Part shown: positions 11,634 to 23,164 of the stretch, piece after piece
Numbering within the stretch: the stretch's first letter is position 1
Layout of the letters: the number at the start of each line of letters is the position of its first letter
Source of the DNA: an uncultured Mycoplasmatales bacterium
GTDB taxonomy: Bacteria; Bacillota_I; Bacilli_A; Mycoplasmatales; Mycoplasmoidaceae
Length of the DNA stretch: 64,000 nucleotides
Direction: 5' to 3'
NCBI GenBank assembly: GCA_949422915.1
Contig: CASPLF010000001.1
Span: 3,204 to 67,203 of the forward strand
The notes under the pieces: model-generated
Told to the model about the DNA's origin: nothing
Database searches by the model: none
Seen by the model: the letters and a program-made list of their open reading frames with translations, nothing else
Made by a program: the position numbers and the translations under genes

Positions 11634-12666
11634 AGTTAGCTCTGAGTTGTCCACAAGCTGCTGCAATTTTAGAACCACGCTCTAAACGAATGGTTGCAAT
11701 TATATTGCTATCATTTAAAACTTTAGAAAATGCATCAATATTTTTGCTAGTTTTAAACTCGTTTTCAACTACATTATTATATCTTATTAGGTTAACATAA
11801 CAATAAATAGGCTTTAACAACTTTATAAGTTGTTTAGCATTTTCTGTTGAATCATTTAAGCCTTTAAGCATGATGTATTCAATCCCAATTCTATTCTGTG
11901 TAATCTTTTGATATTTAACTAATGAATCAATTAGTTTTTCTAAGGGATATGCTTGATTCACTGGCATTATTTTATTTCTTATTTCATTTGTTGGTGCATG
12001 CAATGAAATTGCTAAATTCATTTGAGGAAAGTCCTGACCAAATTTTACAATTTTATCAACTAATCCACAAGTAGACACAGTAATGTGTCTAGAACCTAAT
12101 CCAATTCCAAAAGGAGAATTTAGAATTTGTAAAAACGATTTTAGGTTATCATAATTATCAAACGGTTCACCAATGCCCATAACTACTAAGTTAGAAATTC
12201 TTGAATTTTTATTTTCTTTTAAATATCTGTTAACAGTAATAACTTGTAGTACAAGTTCATCTACATTTAATCCCCTAACTTTTTTTAATAAACCAGATGC
12301 ACAAAATTTGCATCCCATGTTACAACCAATTTGACTTGATACACAAATTGAGTAACCATAGTCAAATTTCATTAATACAGTTTCAATAGTTCTGTCATCT
12401 TCTAGTTTAAATAAAAATTTAGTTGTTTCATCTATAGGATCAATTTGCTTTGTAACTTCAGTTAATTTATTAAATCTAAAGTTCTTTTTTAAAACTTCAA
12501 TTGATGATTTTGCAATATTTGACATTGCATCGAAATTATCAACATTTTGTTGATAAATTCATTGAAAGATCTGTTTTGCATTAAATTTTTTTAAGCCTAA
12601 TGAAATAACTTTTTCCTCTAATTGTTCAAGAGAATATGAATATATTGATGTTCTATTTTCTTGCAT
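11617..12666 (-). CDS. rlmN: 23S rRNA (adenine2503-C2)-methyltransferase, radical SAM
   Basis: Track ORF 11617..12525 extends through a TGA to ATG 12666. It has the radical-SAM cluster motif CNMGCKFC and a C-terminal AACGQL. Confidence 0.9.
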
Positions 12667-13246
12667 TGTTGAATGATCTTACAAAAATTTCTTTAATTTT
12701 TTTAGTAGCATCTTTTGGATCAGAACCATTGACTACACAATAATCATATTTATCTTTAAGAGATAGTTCTCATTCAGCTTGTTTAATTCTTTTTTCAATT
12801 TTAGCTTTTGATTCAGTTGCTCTTCCTAATAATCTAGATTTTAATATCTCAATAGATTGAGGAGCAATAAAAATAGATAAGAATTTATGATCATTTTGTT
12901 TTTTAATGTAATCCATAATAAGTAATGCACCTTGTGGTTCAATTTCTAATAATACATTCTTACCTTGGTTTCTTAGATCGTTAACATATTTTTTAGGAGT
13001 GCCATAGTAATTATCAACATAAGTTGCATATTCCAACAAGTTATCATTTTTGATTTCTTGTTCAAATTGTTGTTTAGTTAGAAAGAAGTAATCTTTCCCA
13101 TTGATTTCTCCTTCACGTTTTTCTCGTGTTGTCATAGAAATTGAATAGGTAAGGTTAAGTTCAGGGTCATTTAATAGAGGTGTAAGAACCGTTCTCTTCC
13201 CAACTCCACTAGGTCCGCTAATTACAATTAAAAAACCCTTTTTCAT
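12653..13246 (-). CDS. gmk: guanylate kinase
   Basis: P-loop GPSGVGK and TTR motif. The C-terminus extends through TGA to TAG 12653-12655 and overlaps the rlmN start. Confidence 0.9.
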
Positions 13247-13258
13247 AATATTATTATA

Positions 13259-14905
13259 TTACCCTATACGAATGTCTTCTACTGGATAAGATGAAGCATT
13301 GCCCTTTGGGTTTCTTCTTGTTCATGACAATAATGTAGAAGAAACACCTAATTGTCCAACAAACATTAGAATGATCAAAAGTATTTGACCAAGAGGAGAA
13401 ATTTGAGAAGTAATACCAACAGATAAACCTACGGTACCAAATGCACTAGTTGCTTCATAAAATACACTTAATAATTGGAATTGTGGTAAATCATCTTGAC
13501 CGTATTGAGTGTATGTAATTAACAAAGTAACTAAAGTTACTAAGATGATTGATGCACAGAAAACAATTAAAGAATCTTTAACTTTTGTTGTTGGAATAGT
13601 TCGTTTATACATTGAGACCCTATTTTTACCAATTATTTTATTGAAAATTGCTACAGCAACAATTACTAAAGTAGTAGTACGAATTCCTCCGGCTGTAGAA
13701 GATGGTGAACCACCAATGAACATTAATAAACAATTAGTCCATTTAGCACCTGCACATAATAAGTTATGATCAAGTGTTGAAAAACCTGCAGATCGCGTAG
13801 TCATTACATTAAAGAAAATACAGAAAGTTTTATTTCATCCTTCTGCTTTTCCAAATTCATGATAAATATTTGGATCAGTAAATATTGAGTATTCATCTGT
13901 ATTAAGTTTTGCATCTATACCTTCAAAACCAAATGCAAGAATTAAGCCAATGATGGCGATTATAAAATAAGATGAAAGTGCAACTTTAGTGAATAAAGAA
14001 GTCCTTGTTTTTATTCCTTTTTTAGCATTTTTTCTTTTTTCCATTACATCAAAGATAACAGGATAGCCAATACCACCAATAACAATTTCAATAACAATAA
14101 ATAATTGAAATATTGTATTTCAATCGTTTCTGTATGAAGCCAATGAGGAAGTACCTTGGAAAATATCAAATCCTGCATTATTAATTGCAGAGATAGAAGT
14201 AAAAATACCAATTCATAAACATTGGCCATAATTATGATAACAATGTAACAATGTAGTTGTATCGTGTGTTGGTCTTAAATCATCACTACCACTAATGAAA
14301 CTTGCTTGTTCGTACGCTGGAACAGCATACATTCAAACTGAATAAATTAAACCAAAAATTAATTCACTAATAAGAATGAAGCCAACAGCTTTCTTGACCA
14401 TTTTAAATGAATTACCAAGTTTCTCATTTCCACGCTCAGATTGGACCATTACCATCTGTTTCAAACTTACATCATTAGTTTTCTTGAAGAAATTTCATAT
14501 CAAAAAGAAAATCGAAATAACACCAATACCACCAAGCTGTATTAAAAATAATAAAATTACTTGTCCTGCAACTGTAAATGTTTTAGATATTACAGCAGGA
14601 GTCAATCCGGTATCACTAAATCCACTGCATGCAATGAATAAAGCATCTCAAAATGTATATGCTCTTGAAAATTTTTCATTCATCGGATCTAAATAAACAA
14701 TGTATTTTCCATCGGTCAAACTAAATGGACAATACAAAAGAGAGGCACCAAGCAAGATTAGAATTAGATAAATTCTAAACATTCTTTGCGCAATAGTTTT
14801 ACCAAAAATTATTCTAAAAATTCTAGAATGAATTGTATGATGTTTGTTTTTAGCAAAGTCTTTTATATTGGGTTCATTTGACTTTGGTTCTTTTTTGGTT
14901 GGCAT
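13259..14905 (-). CDS. ktrB: TrkH/KtrB-family potassium uptake membrane subunit
   Basis: Track ORFs 13322, 13835 and 14648 are in one frame through many TGAs. The protein is polytopic with repeated selectivity-filter-like GFS/GGI motifs (CSGFSDTG, NNAGFD, STAGGIRT, GTVGLSVG). Confidence 0.85.
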
Positions 14906-14978
14906 TATTTCAATAATATATTTATTATATATTTCAAGCCAACATTAAAATATAATAAATTAGTATTAATTAAAATTT

Positions 14979-15662
14979 ATGAGTCAGAAAAAAAATTATT
15001 GTGTAATTGGTCTTGGTCGTTTTGGTTATCAAGTTGCTACTAAACTAAATGAAGGTGGAAAAGACGTTATTGTTATAGATAAGAATGAAGAAAAGATTGA
15101 AAAAGCATCAAAGATTTTTGATATCGCTTTTAAGGCAGATGCTACAGATATCAACTCATTAGTTGAAATCGGTATTCAAAACGTAAGAACAGTTATTGTA
15201 GGTGTTACAAGCATTGAAGAATCAATCATGGTATGTGCAAACTTACGTGAAATTGGTGTTAAGGATATTATTGCTAAAGCAAATAATGATATTCATAAAC
15301 GTGTTTTAAAAACTATGGGTATTGCAAGAATTGTTGTCCCAGATATTGAAATTGCAAATAGAATCGCAGTTCAAGCTTTATATAACATTGGTATTGACAT
15401 TTTCTCAATAGGTGATGGATTCTCATGAGTTAAAGGTGTTGTAAACAATGAAGCTGTTGTTAACAAAACTTTAGAAAAACTTGATCTTAGAGTTAAGTAT
15501 GATGCAACTGTTATTATGGTACAACGTTCTGGAAAAACTATTTTCCCACCAGCTAAAGATACATCTTTAATGATTGGTGATGTAGTTACTATTATGTGTC
15601 GTAACGAAAAGATTAAATCTGTAGTTAAATTACTTAACGTTGAAGACATTGATAATGACTAA
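14979..15662 (+). CDS. ktrA: TrkA/KtrA-family potassium uptake NAD-binding subunit
   Basis: Rossmann motif IGLGRFG (RCK_N). It extends through one TGA into an RCK_C-like tail and is divergent from ktrB. Confidence 0.85.
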
Positions 15663-16314
15663 AATTTTAGAACCATCTCTACTTTCATTTGATTTAAAAA
15701 ATATGCAATCTAACCTCTCTGAGGTTAAACAACTGGGTATTACACAAATTCATTATGATGTAATGGATAATAAATTTGTCCCAAACACAGCTTTTGATAC
15801 TGAATGATTAGATTTATTACATCAAAATGGATTTAATATCTCAATTCATTTTATGGTTGAACAACCAAGAGAATGAATAAAAAGATTTATCTCTTTTAAA
15901 GGAATTAAAGCTATTACATTTCATCCTGAACCAATTGATGAAAAAGAAACTCTTGATCTTTTAAAATTTATTAAAGATAATAAAATCTTAGCAGGCGTTG
16001 CTCTTAAACCTGATACCAACATTTCTAAATATCAAGACATTTTAAGCCAATGTGATTTAGTTACAGTTATGGGAGTTCAACCTGGTTTTGGTGGACAAAA
16101 ATTTATGCCAATAACTATTGACAATTTAAAAAAGTTTAATGAAATTAAGAATAAATTAAATCCAAAATTAATTATTCAATTAGATGGCGGTGTAAATTTT
16201 GATGTATTAAAACAAACTTACCATTATGTTGATTGGTTTGTTTCTGGTTCATTCTTAATGAAATATAACGGAAATAAAAAAGATATTATCGATTATTTTA
16301 AAAATTTAAAATAA
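15655..16314 (+). CDS. rpe: ribulose-phosphate 3-epimerase
   Basis: ATG at 15655 overlaps the ktrA end and is in frame with track ORF 16069 through TGAs. Motifs are HYDVMDNKFVPN, MGVQPGFGGQKF and DGGV. Confidence 0.9.
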
Positions 16315-16315
16315 T

Positions 16316-18004
16316 TTATGCTGGTGTTGTTCAAGTCGACGGCAAACCAGCGGCTTTTAAATGTGCAAGCAATTGTGCACTAGTGATTGAAGAATTACCA
16401 GTAACTTGAACAGTTCCTGATTCTGCTACTCTGTTAAATCAAGCGTTAGTGATAGTAGGCAAAGATGTTAAATCATTTCAAATAATTTGATTTAACGACT
16501 CATCAGTACCAATAGTCGTAATAAAATTTGCAGATATTGTTTTCAATGTTCCTGGAAAAATAAGAGTTTGTAAAGATTGCATTTTATGCAACATATTTTC
16601 ACTTGATTTACCTGTTTCATTGTTTAATTCTATTAATCCCGTTTGACTTAAATCAAGACGGGTAATTTTGGTTTCTTCAAAAAGAAAAGCATATAAATGT
16701 AGTAAATTACTACATCCAGAAAAATTAACATTTTCAATAGAATTAAATCACCTAAAACAATGTGAACCTATATATGTTAAGTTCCTGCAGTCAGATAAAT
16801 CTATATTTTTTATATATGTTGTCTTTTTTTCAGATGGTAAAGCTCCAAAATCAAAAGCTTTTGCAGCAATACCTGTTACATTAGTTGGAATCTTTATTGT
16901 ATCATACCCTTTGTTTTCATAATCATCTTTATTAAAATCAGAAACAAACCCTTTTAGGACACCATTTTCATCTATATCAAGAAGTTTGGTTGGTAAGGCA
17001 TTATCTACAGTAAATGTAAAGTGTTTTGTTGCACTACTACCATACTTTGTGCTAGTTGCTTTGACATCAAATGAATAATTGCCAATTGTAGTTAATTGGT
17101 TTCAACTAAATTTTAAAGTGTTGGCGTCAAGAGAAACCATTCCATTAGATGTATCATTAATAATCTCTCATTGAACTGATTGATCAGGAGCATATGTGCC
17201 AACAACTAAAGCTGATAAAGTAGCAGTTGTTTCACTTGCAATATTGTAATATGTAGGTAAATCTGTTGAATCGCCTCATTCAATCTCAACTGTTGGTACT
17301 GATACATTTAAAGTAAATGTATAACTATCACTTTTGGAAGGGTCTTGAACAGAAGTTGCTTTTAATGTTAAAGTGTGGCTGCCTTTTTGATTAGAATCCA
17401 TTGCTTGTCAAGAGATTTGACGAGTGTTTTGATTAAAAGTAATTTTATTACCAGCAGTATCACCATCTAGTGTTCAAGTAACATCTTGATTGGTTTCGTC
17501 AGCAGGTTTTACTATTGATTCAAAAATAAATGGGTTACCATCTTCACTTGTAATGTAACCAACAGTATTATTGTATGTAGAATATGTAGTTTCAGATGGA
17601 TGAATAATTTTAACACCTTCTACTAACGCATATGTGAAGTTAAATTTTAATTCAACTATATTTGAACTTTTTGTTTCATCTTTTAAATAAAAAGCTTGAA
17701 CTTGTAAAGAAACTTCTTTAGGCTGATTAACAGCTTTAATAGTTAATGAGCCATCAGTATTTACATCAATATCTTGTGTATCAGAGACGTTTTTAAAAAT
17801 AACACTAGAACTTTTTAAACCAGAAATCTTTCAAGAAGAATCAATTGTTTTTTGTTGATTAACTAGTAAGTTAATTGTTGTTTCACTAGTTCATTCTATT
17901 GAAAAACCTTGTGAAAATGAACATGATGAAATTAAAGGAATGGTTGCAGATGTTAAACAAGTTGCAGTTAATATTGTAAATATTTTTAATGCTTTTTTCA
18001 ACAT
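16316..18004 (-). CDS. surface lipoprotein with three Ig-like repeat modules and a C-terminal BspA-type leucine-rich-repeat domain
   Basis: Reverse frame is open from ATG 18004 through about 15 TGAs to TAA 16316-16318 and is absent from the ORF track. It has a signal peptide with lipobox (ATIPLISSC), three roughly 90-aa modules ending in patterns like YTFTLNV / FTFTV, then LRR-like units (IPTNVTGIAAKAFD ... NIDLSDCRNLTYIGSHCF ... VNFSGCSNL). Confidence 0.75.
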
Positions 18005-18028
18005 AATAGATTATCCTATTACGTGAAT

Positions 18029-18040
18029 TATATATATATA
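18029..18040. repeat. (TA)6 dinucleotide repeat in the promoter/5' region of the LRR lipoprotein gene
   Basis: TATATATATATA lies 25-36 nt upstream of the ATG at 18004 (minus strand), between a TTGTAA -35-like hexamer and a TATAAT hexamer. Confidence 0.6.
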
Positions 18041-18071
18041 TTGCAAAATTTTTACAAAATTAGCTTAAAAT

Positions 18072-18386
18072 TTACCCTTTATTTTCTTCAATAAACTTGA
18101 TAAGTTGTTCTTTGGGCATGTAGCCATGAGCCACAGCTTTATCTTGTCCGTCTTTAAATAAAATTAGAGTCGGAATAGAAGAAATTGAATAACGCATAGC
18201 TATAGATCTGTTCTTATCTACATCGCATTTGCATACTTTAATGATGTTATCATTAGCAAGATTTTCAATAACTGGGTGCATCATTTTACATGGACCACAT
18301 CATATAGCATAAAAGTCTACCAATACTAAATCTTTAGTATTTAATACTTCTTGTTCAAAATTTTGTTCATTTAATTCAATTACCAT
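18072..18386 (-). CDS. trxA: thioredoxin
   Basis: Track ORF 18072..18284 extends through TGA to ATG 18386. The active site is W-C-G-P-C, with the W encoded by TGA. Confidence 0.9.
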
Positions 18387-18388
18387 AA

Positions 18389-20473
18389 TTAATTCTTTAC
18401 TTGTTTTGTTTGTTCTGTTTGTTGCTCTTCAGGTTTTGGTTCCTTAGGAATGTTTCTAACATAATGACATTTTGGATAACCTGTACAGCCAATAAATTTT
18501 TGACCTCTTCTGTTATATCTTTCAATCAATGGTTTACCACATTGAGGACATTTTTCATCTAATATTTTTTGAGGTGAATTAGGGAATTCAGCATACTTAC
18601 ATTTTGGATAGTTAGAACATCCTATAAATTTAGCTCCTGATTTTTTAGCATATCTATATATAAGATCATGTCCGCACTTAGGACATTTACGACCAACTTT
18701 TTCTGCTTCTGATGTTTTCATTTTTGATGTTGCTTGTTTTAAGTCTTTTTTAAATTTTGGTTGGAATTCTTTAATTCATTCCTTTCAGTTTTCTTCTTTA
18801 GATGCAATATCATCTAAGTGACCTTCCATTTCCTTTGTAAAATCTTTATCTACAATGTAAGGAAAGAATTCAGATAATTCTTTAATTACCAAATCACCGA
18901 TTGGTTGCATTACGTAAGCACGATTTTCTAATCTTGCATATCCACGTTCAAGAGCCATATTAGCCATTGATTTATAAGTTGATGGTCTTCCTACACCTGC
19001 TTCATCAAGAGCTTTGATCAAGCTAGCTTGGTTATAACGAGGAGGCGGAGTAGATTCATGTTCTTTAACTTCTGCTTTATCAAGTTTTAATGATTCATTA
19101 ATCTTTAATTTTTTTAGACCAATATCGTGTGGTGTATTTGCATCTTCGAATGGGTTATAAATAATTCTGAATCCATCAAATACCATTCTTCTATTAAATG
19201 TATAGAACTTATTCTTATTTGATTCAAGACGAACAATAACGTTTTCAAATTTACTTGGAGCCATGAATGCAGCTAAAGTTCTAACCCAAATCATTTTATA
19301 AAGTTTATATTCATCTCTAGTAATTAATTTACGTAGAGATTCAGGTGTAACTGTTGGATCAATTACTCTAATAGCTTCGTGTGCATCTTGTGTATTTTGT
19401 GAATTGCCCTTATTTATAAAAGTTCTTTCAAAGTAATACTTCTCACCAAACCTTTTAATGATATATGGTTTTAATTTCTTAACAAAGTTTTCAGAAATTC
19501 TAATACTGTCTGTACGTGGATAAGAAATTAATGCAGTGTGTTCTCCGTTGATTTTAATACCTTCATATAAATGTTGAGCAACTGATGTTGCTTTACTTAC
19601 TTGTCATCCAAGTTTATTAATAGCATCTTGTTGCATTGTAGATGTCTTATAAGGATCTCTTGGATTAGATGTATACATTTTTGGATCATCAATTGCATAA
19701 ATCTTAAATTCATTTTTGATGTTCTTTTTTACTATTTCTGCACTTTCAGCATCTTTAAAATCAATACCAGTACCATGAACATCATCGTTGATCTTTTTAT
19801 AGTTAAGGCCTTTAATGTTAGGGTTAACATTACGAAGAACTAATTTTACATCACCTTTTAAAGTAACATCAAGTGTTCATCATTTAGTTGATTTAAATTT
19901 CTTAATTTCTTTTTCTCTATCATATAAAAATTTTAAGGCAACAGTTTGAACACGACCAGCTGATTTAGCACGTAACTTTTTACGTACTAAAGAAGATAAA
20001 CTAAAACCAACAAGTCTATCTAGAATTCTTCTAGCAAATTGTGATTGTACTCACAACATATCAATTTTTCTAGGATGCTCTAGAGCTTCTAGAACTGCAT
20101 CTTTAGTAATTTCGTTAAATGTTATTCTATAACATTTTTCTTGTTGTGCTTTTGGTAATATTTCGTAAACATGTCAAGCAATCGCTTCTCCTTCACGATC
20201 AGGGTCGGATGCCAAATAAATTTTTTCTGCTTTTTTTGCTTCTTCTTTTATTTCAGCGATAATTTCTTGTTTGTTCTTTTGACCTTTAGGAGGTTTCTTA
20301 GATGGAATAATTCATCTAGGTTCAAGAGTTTTTTCATCAAACCCCATTCCTCTTGAAGACAGATCACGAATGTGACCTATAGTAGCAATGATTTTAAAGT
20401 CTTCATTCTTTAAATATCTCTTAATGGTTTCAATTTTGTTAGGAGACTCAATAATTAACAAATTTCTTGACAT
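18389..20473 (-). CDS. topA: DNA topoisomerase I
   Basis: Track ORFs 18389 and 18785 plus the N-terminal part are in one frame. It has a TOPRIM N-terminus ([16 protein letters not shown]), the active-site region YPRTDS, and two C-terminal C4 zinc ribbons (CPKCGH...C..YPKC twice). Confidence 0.95.
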
Positions 20474-20615
20474 AACTATATAAATTATATATTCAATAAA
20501 TATGCTAATTAATTTCTATCTTTCTACATATATATTTATATATATGTAATTTTTTTATAACTAGAGAAAATACGTCTAGTTTTATTGATAATATATAATA
20601 TTATCATCAACTTAT

Positions 20616-20692
20616 AGCCCGTTGGTGAAGTGATTAACACATACGCCTCTCAAGCGTAGATTCGCTGGGTTTGAATCCCGCACGGGTTACCA
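20616..20692 (+). tRNA. tRNA-Glu (anticodon CUC), atypical D/T loops
   Basis: The cloverleaf was folded by hand. The acceptor is AGCCCGT/ACGGGTT followed by A-CCA, and the D stem has 3 bp (GTG/CAC). The anticodon stem TACGC/GCGTA closes the loop CTCTCAA. It closely resembles Bacillus tRNA-Glu (GGCCCGUUGGUCAAGCGGUUAAGACA...ACGGGUCACCA). The T loop is TTTGAAT and the variable region is 1-2 nt longer than usual. Confidence 0.75.
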
Positions 20693-20693
20693 T

Positions 20694-20768
20694 TGGGTTG
20701 TCGCCAAGCGGTAAGGCCTCCGGCTCTGAACCGGTAATCCGTTGGTTCGAATCCAACCAACCCAGCCA
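20694..20768 (+). tRNA. tRNA-Gln (anticodon CUG)
   Basis: Acceptor TGGGTTG/CAACCCA followed by G-CCA, D arm GCCAAGCGGTAAGGC (as in E. coli/B. subtilis tRNA-Gln), anticodon stem TCCGG/CCGGT with loop CTCTGAA, and T arm GTTGG-TTCGAAT-CCAAC. Confidence 0.85.
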
Positions 20769-20781
20769 AACAATAAAAAAT

Positions 20782-20806
20782 AAAACTCCATTAAGGAGTT
20801 TTTTTA
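20782..20806. terminator. bidirectional intrinsic terminator (tRNA pair / pyrG)
   Basis: Stem AACTCC (20784-20789) pairs with GGAGTT (20795-20800). A T-run follows on the plus strand and an A-run precedes it. It abuts the pyrG stop. Confidence 0.6.
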
Positions 20807-22408
20807 TTTCTTAGTTTTCTTTTGTTGTGAATGTTTAATTGAAGCACCAATGAAACCAATGAACATTGGATCAACATTTCCTGGCATAGAACCTAATTCA
20901 GGATGGAATTGTCCGCCTAAGAAGAATGGATGATCTTTTAATTCAATCATTTCAACTGTTTTTTCTGAATCATTACTAAATGCAGAGAATACAAATCCTT
21001 TATCTTCAAACGCTTTTATGTATTTGTTGTTAAATTCATAACGGTGACGGTGACGTTCTGCTACAAATTCATTCTTATACAATTTGTAACACTTAGTAGA
21101 TTTATTAACTAGTTGACATACTTGTTCACCTAAACGCATTCTACCATCAATATAGTGAAACACGTGACGTTTAGATTTAGGATTAAACTCTTGACTTGTT
21201 GCATCTTTTCATCCAAGAACGTTTCTAGCAAATTCAATAGTTGCAATTTGCATACCTAAACAAATACCCATGTAAGGTGTTTTGCTTGTACGAGCATATT
21301 GAGCAGCTAAAATTTTACCTTCAATACCTCTTGTTCCAAAACCACCTGGGATAAGGATACCATGGTATCCTTTAAATTTAGTTTTTAAATTTTTTGGAGT
21401 TAATGTGTCTGAGTTAACTCATCCTATTTTAACATTACGAGAATATTCATAACCTGCCAATTTTAAAGATTCAACTAAAGATGCATAAGAATCATGTAAT
21501 TCAATGTATTTTCCAACAATTGCAATTTTAATTTCATCTTTAATCGACTTAATCTTATCAGTATATTTAACTCAATTGTCAATATTTGCATTTGGATCAA
21601 TCTTCATTCCAAAATATTTCATGATTGAGTTATAGATACCTTGGTTGTATAACTCTACAGGTAAAAAATAAGTTGATTTTAAGTTAGGTGAAACAAAAAT
21701 GTTTTTACTTGATAAATGGCAGTTAAGAGCAATCTTATCAATAATTGATTGATCTACCATTTGTGTATATCTTAATATTAAAATAGATGGGGTTATACCT
21801 AAACTACATAACTCTTTAAATGAATGTTGAGTAGGCTTTGTTTTAATTTCTTCACTTGTTGGAATGTAAATTAATGGAGCACATAAAATAGACATTACAT
21901 TGTCTTTTCCATATTCACTTGTGAATTGACTCATAGCTTCTACAAATGGAATTGATTCAATGTCACCAACTGTACCACCAATTTCAATTAACAAGAAATC
22001 AGGATTTTCAGCTTCTATTAATTTATAAATTTTATTTTTAATGTGATCAGTTACATGAGGAATAACTTGAACAGTTTTTCCTTCATATCCACCTGCACGT
22101 TCTTTACTGATAATTTCACTGTATACACGTCCAGAAGTTAATGTAGACATACGGCTCATTTTTTTACCAGTAAATCTTTCATAATTACCTAAATCAAGAT
22201 CTGTTTCAGCTCCATCATATGTAACAAACACTTCACCATGTTGATAAGGAGAAAGAGTTCCTGGGTCAACATTTAAGTATGGATCACACTTTAACATTGA
22301 TACTTTATATTTCATTTCAGTAAGAATTCTACCGATACTTGATGAAGTAATACCCTTTCCTAAAGAGCTATAAACACCACCGAATATTACAATAACTTTT
22401 GTACTCAT
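20804..22408 (-). CDS. pyrG: CTP synthase
   Basis: Track ORFs 20804 and 21572 are in one frame through TGAs. It has an N-terminal synthase domain ([10 protein letters not shown]) and a C-terminal GATase with HRHRYE. Confidence 0.95.
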
Positions 22409-22464
22409 AATTTTTTCTAAACTTCAAATAACTATTTAAGTATAATCATTAATATAATTAATGG

Positions 22465-23076
22465 TAAAGAAATATGAAAAAGACTAAAAAACATCAAAAA
22501 AAGAATCATTATTTTGGTGGTTATTGATCTCAAACCTTTGGTTTAAAAGCAATTATTACCAAACTTATAATGTTTTCAATTGCAATTGTATTGTTGATTC
22601 CAGCTGCTGTTGCTTTAAACTTATGAGCACAAAAATCTGCAATAAAAGAATTTGATAATCCATTCATTTCAATAGAAATTAATGTAAATCAAGGTATTGC
22701 TTTCTCTTGATTAGAAAACAACACAATGTACGTTTACTTAATTCAAGCAATTGTTGTATTCTGCGTATTAATAATCTTGATATTCTTTTGTAAGAAATGA
22801 TACTATGTTTTATTTTGATCATTAGTATTTTTAGGTGGATTATTTAATATCATTGACCGTGTATGTGTTAAGAAAGTTGTATGTTTAGGAGATGAATTAG
22901 TAAAAAACGCTGCTATTGACTACTTCAAATTTAACATTAAAGGTATTAACTTCCCAGCAATATTTAACATTCCAGATGTTGGTGTATGCTTAGGTGCTGC
23001 ATTATCAGTTGTTACAGGTTTAGTTGAATTAATCATTTACCCTTTCAAAAAAAATAAGAAAAGTAATAAAAAATAA
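22465..23076 (+). CDS. lspA: signal peptidase II (lipoprotein signal peptidase)
   Basis: Absent from the ORF track because of many TGAs. ATG is at 22465. Motifs are NQGIAFSW and IDY...FPAIFNIPDV in a 4-TM protein. Confidence 0.8.
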
Positions 23077-23092
23077 AATTTATTCTTAAAAG

Positions 23093-23125
23093 AAAACCAA
23101 GGCTTATAAAGGTCTTGGTTTTTTA
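23093..23125 (+). terminator. putative intrinsic terminator after lspA
   Basis: AACCAAG (23095-23101) pairs with CTTGGTT (23114-23120), followed by a T-run. The loop is rather large. Confidence 0.45.
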
Positions 23126-23164
23126 TTCATAGATAAAAAGAACAATTAAAACTATAATTTTTAT

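Noticed and set aside
13509-14696. Track ORFs 13509..13769 (+), 14044..14229 (-) and 14376..14696 (+) inside the ktrB region.
   Set aside because: They are antisense or out of frame relative to a continuous, motif-bearing TrkH/KtrB frame. Their low-complexity hydrophobic translations are typical of shadow ORFs in AT-rich DNA.
16668-16922. Plus-strand 84-aa ORF, the only track ORF in the 16.3-18.0 kb interval.
   Set aside because: It is antisense to the 562-aa lipoprotein frame, which has a signal peptide, a lipobox and repeat architecture. It has no SD or promoter context.
19601-20356. Plus-strand ORFs 19601..19843 and 20171..20356.
   Set aside because: They are antisense to topA and have Phe/Ile-rich nonsense composition.
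20474-20615. Tried to assign -35/-10 promoter hexamers for the tRNA pair (TTGATA, TATAAT-like strings).
   Set aside because: Many overlapping TATAAT-like hexamers occur by composition alone, and the spacings I measured were not close to 17 nt. No promoter is supportable without transcript mapping.
20616-20692. Reading the first tRNA as tRNA-Trp(UCA), the UGA decoder expected in a mycoplasma, because TCA occurs in its anticodon loop.
   Set aside because: With the 5-bp stem TACGC/GCGTA the 7-nt loop is C-T-C-T-C-A-A, which places CTC at positions 34-36. The body (3-bp D stem, acceptor, discriminator A) matches tRNA-Glu closely and does not match tRNA-Trp.
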